DNA of 64,000 bases from an uncultured Anaerolineales bacterium (lineage in GTDB: Bacteria; Chloroflexota; Anaerolineae; Anaerolineales; UBA11858): NCBI GenBank assembly GCA_964621835.1, contig CAZUMA010000003.1, forward strand, positions 1,727 to 65,726, read 5' to 3'. The notes below the pieces were generated by a model, which saw nothing but the letters and a program-made list of their open reading frames with translations, was not told where the DNA came from and made no database searches. The position numbers were made by a program, and so were the translations under genes. How positions within the stretch are numbered: position 1 is the stretch's first letter; each line of letters starts with the position of its first letter. Positions 58,385-64,000 of the stretch are shown piece after piece.

Positions 58385-59005
58385 TCAGGAGGGGCAGGTG
58401 TAGAGGAAATTCAGCAGTGTATCAAAAGGCGGGGTGCAGTACAGGTTTAGATAATCAAAAGCGATCAAACCAACCACGGCTAAAAAGATAATCACCACCA
58501 GACAGCCCAGCCCGGCCCAGAGCCAGGTTTTCCTTCCCCCTTCCTCAGTCAGCTGCTCTTCCTGGAGCCGACCCACAGCGGCAGGTTGGGGAGGGGGCGC
58601 TGCGGGTGACCTTCCCGGTTCCCGTCTCGGCGTTACCGCGGTTGAGGCCGGATCTTGAACTGCCTCGGGCATTGGGGAAACCAGGGTGGCATCCGGATCA
58701 GCATCTGCCTCATAGGTCAGGTACACCGCGTCTCCAAGCATAACCGTATCACCGGGTTTTAGTAAATACTTCCCCCCAATGCGTTTCTTATCCACAAAGG
58801 TCCCGTTGGTGGAATTGAGGTCCTTTAGAATATAGCTGTCCTCCTGCTTGGTGAGGAGAGCATGTTCCCGGGAAATCTCCGCGATGTTGAGGACAATTTC
58901 ATTGTCTTCGCCGCGGCCAATGACTATCCGATCCTCCTGGAGCGGAAAAACTTCCCCTTTGTTAAATCCCTTAATGACTGTCAAACGATGGTTATGATAC
59001 CCCAT
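58385..59005 (-). CDS. FHA domain protein with a Pro-rich linker and C-terminal TM anchor
   Basis: VIGRGEDNEIVLNIAEISREHA...DLNSTNGTFVD, then WLWAGLGCLVVIIFLAVVGLIAF; GGAGG RBS. Confidence 0.8.
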   Translation of the reverse strand: MGYHNHRLTVIKGFNKGEVFPLQEDRIVIGRGEDNEIVLNIAEISREHALLTKQEDSYILKDLNSTNGTFVDKKRIGGKYLLKPGDTVMLGDAVYLTYEADADPDATLVSPMPEAVQDPASTAVTPRREPGRSPAAPPPQPAAVGRLQEEQLTEEGGRKTWLWAGLGCLVVIIFLAVVGLIAFDYLNLYCTPPFDTLLNFLYTCPS

Positions 59006-59127
59006 TTCCCAACCTCCTGCTTCAGGTAGCTTGCCATTATTAAAGTCTATCGGGTTTCTTCACCCATGTCAAACATGTTTTGTCCAAAAAACTGCTGATT
59101 GGTTAGGTTTGTGAGAAAGAAATCCCC

Positions 59128-60543
59128 TCAAGGCAGCGGATTCTCCATCACCCAATCGGATCCCAGGATGACCTCGATGTCCACATCGGCACCCTCTTCT
59201 GCACGGTAATACAGCCTGCTTTTTGAGATCTCCATGGCCTCAAGAATCGCCTGCACGGTTTTTGACTTCCCGGAATAATCAAAGATCTGGGTCTGATCAT
59301 AGAATCTTTGCGCATTCCCAACGACTGCTACCTGGATTCCGTTTTCCCCCAAATAATTGGCTGTTGCATCTGCCAGCCCCGGCGATGTGGTTCCGTTCAA
59401 AACCGCGATCCGGGCGTTTTCCTGAACGATGTAGTCATCGATTGTGGTCGTTTTTGTCGGCTTTGGCGTGGGGGTTGCTGTCATCACCAGAAGATCCTGC
59501 CAGATCCTTCGAATTGCCTCAATATCTGGAAAGAGCACGTACTGTCCAGCCTCATTGATCCCCTGCTCCACCAGGGGGGAATCAATCACTTCAGTCTGGA
59601 CCATCTTCGGATCAAGGTCTTTTGCGATCCAGCCCAGGCGGATGATTTGCCGCAGGGTCAGGTTGGTTTCAATGTGGGTGGAGAGCTCACGGTACAGCCC
59701 GGGCAGTTTTGGAATCAACTCCTGTAAAATATTATATCTGGTAATTTTTTTTTGGAGTCCGACAAGGACCTGCTGCGCTCGCTTCATGCGGCCAAAGTCC
59801 CCTTCCTCCGTACTGCGGGTTCGCACGTATCCCAACGCGAGATCTCCGGGCAGGACCTGAATGCCCGGCTCAAGCCTTTTCATATCGCCTTCCACGGATG
59901 GATCCGGGTCAACCAGGATCTTTCGGGGAACATCCACCAGCACCCCGTTGACAGAGTCAACCAGGGCGATAAAGGCCCGGAAATCGACCTGAACATAATA
60001 GTCAATCGGTACTCCAAGCAGATTTCCAGCCGTATCCATCAGCAGCGCCGGCCCTCCACCAGGATAATCCGTGGATTCCCCCAGCGCATATACCTGGTTG
60101 ATTTTATAAAACCCATATCCCGGCGGCTGCACCCAGGTATCTCGAGGAATGGATATCATGCTCGCCAGGCCAGATTCGTTATCCAGCACAGCAACAATGA
60201 TGGTGTCTGTCAGGCTGGAGCCTGTCTGTCCTTCCCACTCCCGGAGGTCCAGCCCAGTGAACAGGAAGAACACCGGTTCCTCCAGGTTGAGCTTTTTAAA
60301 ACCCGGCCGATTTCCGCCCAGTTGGAGCTGCCGGTCCTCATCGAGCTGGAAATACTCGGTGGGAGCGGGGCTGCTCTCCCTCCGGTCTCCAGATTCAGTT
60401 ACTCTTTCCTCCGGGGAGGGATCCTTCCTGCAAGATCCAAAGGAAAGGATGACCGTGATCCCCGCAGAAACGAGAAAACCAGCCCAGAGAAGCCGCTTAA
60501 TCCAATCAGGTGAATGACGCGCTTGGGAAGGGAGTTCTTGCAT
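59128..60543 (-). CDS. LCP (LytR-CpsA-Psr) family protein with a LytR_C-like C-terminal domain
   Basis: N-terminal TM segment, TDTIIVAVLD...SIPRDTWV, R..Q.... LCP core. Confidence 0.8.
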   Translation of the reverse strand: MQELPSQARHSPDWIKRLLWAGFLVSAGITVILSFGSCRKDPSPEERVTESGDRRESSPAPTEYFQLDEDRQLQLGGNRPGFKKLNLEEPVFFLFTGLDLREWEGQTGSSLTDTIIVAVLDNESGLASMISIPRDTWVQPPGYGFYKINQVYALGESTDYPGGGPALLMDTAGNLLGVPIDYYVQVDFRAFIALVDSVNGVLVDVPRKILVDPDPSVEGDMKRLEPGIQVLPGDLALGYVRTRSTEEGDFGRMKRAQQVLVGLQKKITRYNILQELIPKLPGLYRELSTHIETNLTLRQIIRLGWIAKDLDPKMVQTEVIDSPLVEQGINEAGQYVLFPDIEAIRRIWQDLLVMTATPTPKPTKTTTIDDYIVQENARIAVLNGTTSPGLADATANYLGENGIQVAVVGNAQRFYDQTQIFDYSGKSKTVQAILEAMEISKSRLYYRAEEGADVDIEVILGSDWVMENPLP

Positions 60544-60733
60544 AGAAATACGAGAAGACTCAAACTACTATAAAATAAAACTACCCTGCCAGATACGTCC
60601 CAGGCCAACTATAATATCCCCTGGCAGGAAAGCCAGTATTCTGGACGAGATTATATCACGCTCATCCTGGTGAGATCATGATGATTCCAGACAATCAGGG
60701 GGAGCTCAGCGCTCCCCGGGAACCCAGTTATCT

Positions 60734-62773
60734 ATGTCTCTAGTTACCACCACCAACCTTTCAAAATCCTTCGGCCCTGTGGATATATTTACCGGGTTAT
60801 CACTGACGATTCCTCCAGATGCAAGAATCGCTCTGGTGGGTGAAAATGGAATCGGAAAAACCACCTTGCTGAAAATCTTGGCCAACCTGGAATCTCCCTC
60901 TGAAGGAAGGATCCAACAAGCATCCGGACTCACCATTGGATATCTTCCTCAGCGGGGAGAGGTTTCCACACAAGGTACCCTATGGAACCAGGCCATGGAA
61001 GCGCTCGCAGATCTCCGCAAACAGGAGCGGGGCTTAAAAGACCTGGAGCAAGTCATGGAATCATCTGCCACGGTGGATGAGGATATCCTGTCCCGGTATG
61101 GCAACCTTCAGGCAGAGTTTGAAAGGCGGGGGGGATATTCTTACGAAAACCGAATCAAGCAAGTGCTGGGAGGACTGGGATTTGAAGAAAAAGATTTTCA
61201 TATGCCTGGCGATTATCTCTCCGGGGGACAGCGCACAAGGGCCCTGCTCAGCCGACTCCTGCTTTCCTCACCAGATTTGCTGATCCTTGACGAACCCACA
61301 AATCATTTGGATATCGAGGCGATTGTGTGGCTGGAGGGCTACCTGAAAGCTTTCCCGGGGGCAGTGCTGCTGGTTTCCCATGATCGCTTTTTCATCGATC
61401 AAGTCTGCAGCCGGATCTGGGAGATGAGCCGGGGAGGGTTTGAAATCTACCGGGGCAATTACACCGCTTACCTTAACCAGCGGCAGGAGCGCTGGCAGCG
61501 GCAGCAGGAGATCTTTGACTCAGAAAAAATCCGCCTGGAAAATGAGCTGGATTACATCAAGCGCAACATTGCCGGGCAGAACACCCGCCAAGCCCAGGGA
61601 AAACTGCGTCGGCTGAGCCGCCGGGTCCAGGCTATCGAACAAGTTGGGGTGCAGGCCATCCAGGGAAAATCCTGGTCGGAGATCAGCCGGGAGGTCAGCA
61701 CATCAACAAACCCGATGAGCGTGCAGGAAGCCCAGCAGCGCATTCAAGCACTTCAAAATCCGGTAAAGCAACCGGACCAGCTGACCCTGCACCTGGAGAC
61801 CCGTCAGCGTGGGGGCGATCTGGTACTCCGCACCACTAATCTCAAAGTGGGTTATCCAGACGGGGATCAACCGCTGTTCTCCGTTCCTGACATTTCGCTT
61901 CAGAGAGGAGAGTGCGCAGCATTGATTGGCCCAAACGGCGCCGGGAAAACCACCTTTCTAAAAACTATCCTCGGCCAGCTTCCTCCCTGGTCCGGGGAGG
62001 TGAAGATCGGTGCAAACCTGGATGTCGGGTATTTTGCCCAGGCCCATCAGGATCTACATGGGGGCAATCGGGTAATCGAGGAAATCGCGGAGGCCGGCAG
62101 GTTCCAAAATGAGCAGGAGATTCGCAAGGTCCTGGCCACCTACCTGTTTACCGGGGAGGAGGTCTTCAAACAAGTCAGCACGCTTTCCGGTGGAGAGCGG
62201 GGTCGCCTGGCCCTGGCCAAGCTTTCCCTGACCGATGCCAATCTTCTCTTGCTGGACGAACCTACCAACCACCTGGATATTCCCTCTCAGGAAGCGCTGC
62301 AAGCAGTTCTCTCCAGCTATCCAGGGACAATCCTGCTGGTTTCCCACGACCGCTATTTGATCAACTCCCTTGCCAGCCAGATCTGGGCAATCGATGTCCA
62401 TGAAAAGGGTTTGGGGGTTTTCACGGGGAACTTCCAGGAATATCTCGCGGCGCAAGAGCAGCAAGACCAGGAAAAGCAGGATCCGAAACAAGAAACCCTG
62501 GCTGCATCATCCTACCGGGCGCAGAAAGCGGCCAAAAACCAAGCCCTGGCGGCAGCGCGAAAGCGAGCAGCTCGCCTGCAGGAGGTGGAAGGTCGGATCA
62601 CAGAATTAGAAGCCCTACTCGAGGACCTGGCAGTTGCCCTGGCAGCTCCCCCGGACAGCTCAAATGAAGTGATCCAGCTGGGGAAGCAGTACGCCACAGT
62701 AGAACAGGAGCTGGAAGACCTGCTGGAGGAATGGGAACGGCTGGCAAGCGCTATGGACGGGGACTCTCAATAG
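60734..62773 (+). CDS. ABC-F family ATPase (two ABC cassettes plus a C-terminal coiled coil)
   Basis: GENGIGKTT / LSGGQRTR / LILDEPTNHLD and GPNGAGKTT / LSGGERGR / LLLDEPTNHLD. No TM domain. Confidence 0.9.
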   Translation: MSLVTTTNLSKSFGPVDIFTGLSLTIPPDARIALVGENGIGKTTLLKILANLESPSEGRIQQASGLTIGYLPQRGEVSTQGTLWNQAMEALADLRKQERGLKDLEQVMESSATVDEDILSRYGNLQAEFERRGGYSYENRIKQVLGGLGFEEKDFHMPGDYLSGGQRTRALLSRLLLSSPDLLILDEPTNHLDIEAIVWLEGYLKAFPGAVLLVSHDRFFIDQVCSRIWEMSRGGFEIYRGNYTAYLNQRQERWQRQQEIFDSEKIRLENELDYIKRNIAGQNTRQAQGKLRRLSRRVQAIEQVGVQAIQGKSWSEISREVSTSTNPMSVQEAQQRIQALQNPVKQPDQLTLHLETRQRGGDLVLRTTNLKVGYPDGDQPLFSVPDISLQRGECAALIGPNGAGKTTFLKTILGQLPPWSGEVKIGANLDVGYFAQAHQDLHGGNRVIEEIAEAGRFQNEQEIRKVLATYLFTGEEVFKQVSTLSGGERGRLALAKLSLTDANLLLLDEPTNHLDIPSQEALQAVLSSYPGTILLVSHDRYLINSLASQIWAIDVHEKGLGVFTGNFQEYLAAQEQQDQEKQDPKQETLAASSYRAQKAAKNQALAAARKRAARLQEVEGRITELEALLEDLAVALAAPPDSSNEVIQLGKQYATVEQELEDLLEEWERLASAMDGDSQ

Positions 62774-62849
62774 GAAAACCTTGCCCCTGCTCCTGATCCA
62801 GAATGAAGTACAATCAGGGGCAGGCAATCCTCTACCTAGGAAAGATCGA

Positions 62850-64000
62850 TTGAGCCGTCCTCTCCTGCTGATTTTGACCTTTGTTTTCGTGGATGTCCTG
62901 GGGTTCAGCCTCATCCTGCCCTTGCTTCCTTATTACGCAGCCGATTTTAACGCCAGCTCTGTGGTTGTGGGCTTACTGCTCTCGTCCAATGCGCTGACAC
63001 AGATGATAGGCTCCCCCATCCTGGGAAGGCTCTCAGACCGCCATGGGCGCAAGCCGCTGCTGATGACCAGCATCGCTGGAACCGTTTTTAGCTTCTTAAT
63101 CCTTGGTTGGGCGAACTCCCTGGTAATGTTGTTTGTCAGCCGGATTCTGGATGGATTTCTGGGCGGGAATGTTTCCCTGGCCCAGGCGTATATCACGGAC
63201 TCCACCACGACCAAGGACCGGGCAAAGGGCCTGGGGTTGATTGGAGCGGGATTCGGGCTGGGGTTCATTATTGGGCCTGCCCTGGGGGGGGTATTGAGTG
63301 CAGGGGGAAACTACGCTCGACCCGCTTTTGCCGCGGCCGGCCTGGCAGCACTCAACCTGGTTGGGGTCATGCTGTGGCTGCCGGAGTCACTTTCCGAAGA
63401 AAACCGCCAAAAACAACAGGTTAATCCAAAACCCGAATTTACCATCCGGGCCCTGCTGAAAGCGCTGCAAAGGCCTTGTGTGGGCCCGTTGCTCACGGTC
63501 GTGCTCATTTTTGGATTGGCAAATACCATGTTCGAGACCATATTTTCCCTTTTCACGCAGAAAAAACTCGGTCTTACTGCCCAAACCACCGGCTACATCC
63601 TGACCTATGTGGGGGTGCTGGTTGTGCTGGTGCAAGGAGGAGGGATCCGACCGCTCAGCAAGCAATTCTCAGATAAACAGCTGATTTTCGGAGGCTCAAT
63701 CCTGCTGTCCTTGGGTCTTTTTGGCTGGGCTTTTTCACCCTCAATCTGGCTGCTGATGGCCGCGCTGCTGCCGCTTGCCCTGGCCTCAGGCCTGCTGCGG
63801 GTTTCCACGAACAGCGCGCTGACAAAAAGCGTCTATCCCTCTGAAGTGGGGGGAATCCTGGGACTATCCTCATCGATGAACAGCTTCACCAGGGTGGTCT
63901 CACCGCTGGTCGGTTCATTTCTCCTGGCTGAAATCAGCCCAGCTGCCCCCGGCGTGGTTGGCTCTTTGCTGATGATCGGGACAGTGATCTACAGCTGGCA
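62850..64000 (+). CDS. MFS transporter, 3'-truncated by the window edge
   Basis: Frame is open from TTG 62850 (AGGAAAG upstream) to the window end. MFS motif A GRLSDRHGRKP and 10 or more hydrophobic segments. It is absent from the ORF track because no stop lies within the window. Confidence 0.8.
   Translation, partial: MSRPLLLILTFVFVDVLGFSLILPLLPYYAADFNASSVVVGLLLSSNALTQMIGSPILGRLSDRHGRKPLLMTSIAGTVFSFLILGWANSLVMLFVSRILDGFLGGNVSLAQAYITDSTTTKDRAKGLGLIGAGFGLGFIIGPALGGVLSAGGNYARPAFAAAGLAALNLVGVMLWLPESLSEENRQKQQVNPKPEFTIRALLKALQRPCVGPLLTVVLIFGLANTMFETIFSLFTQKKLGLTAQTTGYILTYVGVLVVLVQGGGIRPLSKQFSDKQLIFGGSILLSLGLFGWAFSPSIWLLMAALLPLALASGLLRVSTNSALTKSVYPSEVGGILGLSSSMNSFTRVVSPLVGSFLLAEISPAAPGVVGSLLMIGTVIYSW

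Overview
Dense, mostly housekeeping bacterial chromosome segment. I call 59 CDS, two of them cut by the window edges. I could not recognise any rRNA, tRNA, CRISPR array, transposase or integrase. Gene content (SpoVS, a RodZ-like protein with a duplicated HTH, a ycf45-like R3H ATPase, an LCP protein, TadE/TadG pseudopilins, PdxST) suggests a monoderm Chloroflexota/Anaerolineae-like organism; this is inference only. Core genes recognised: rimO, rplI, gmk, tmk, pdxS/pdxT, spoVS, ctaB-like, bcp, clpC, rpsA, trxA, metK, dnaN, gdhA, an ABC-F ATPase, and a fur-cbiMQO metal-uptake operon. Non-coding elements supported directly by the sequence are a textbook SAM-I riboswitch with a consensus promoter upstream of metK, a consensus promoter plus a 13+13 bp perfect palindrome in front of fur-cbiMQO, several intrinsic terminators, and a 15-nt tandem repeat inside an anti-sigma gene. 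The most unusual region is about 19.9-35.4 kb. There, five proteins share a Flp/TadE-type prepilin N-terminus (G|Q-x-x-x-E-[YF]). Three of them are very large: TadE + 5 Calx-beta domains, Flp-like + lectin-fold domain, and Flp-like + 5 prealbumin-like repeats. They sit with a receiver-TadZ/CpaE protein that has a degenerate Walker A, a hybrid histidine kinase + Hpt, two FHA proteins (one fused to an Hsp70/actin-like ATPase) and a lipoprotein cytochrome c. No Tad motor, platform or prepilin peptidase genes are in the window. A second item worth checking is an A10 tract at the junction of a ChlI-like AAA+ ORF and a ChlD-like VWA ORF; a -1 shift there would fuse them. All family calls rest on motifs I can read in the translations. 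No database search was run.
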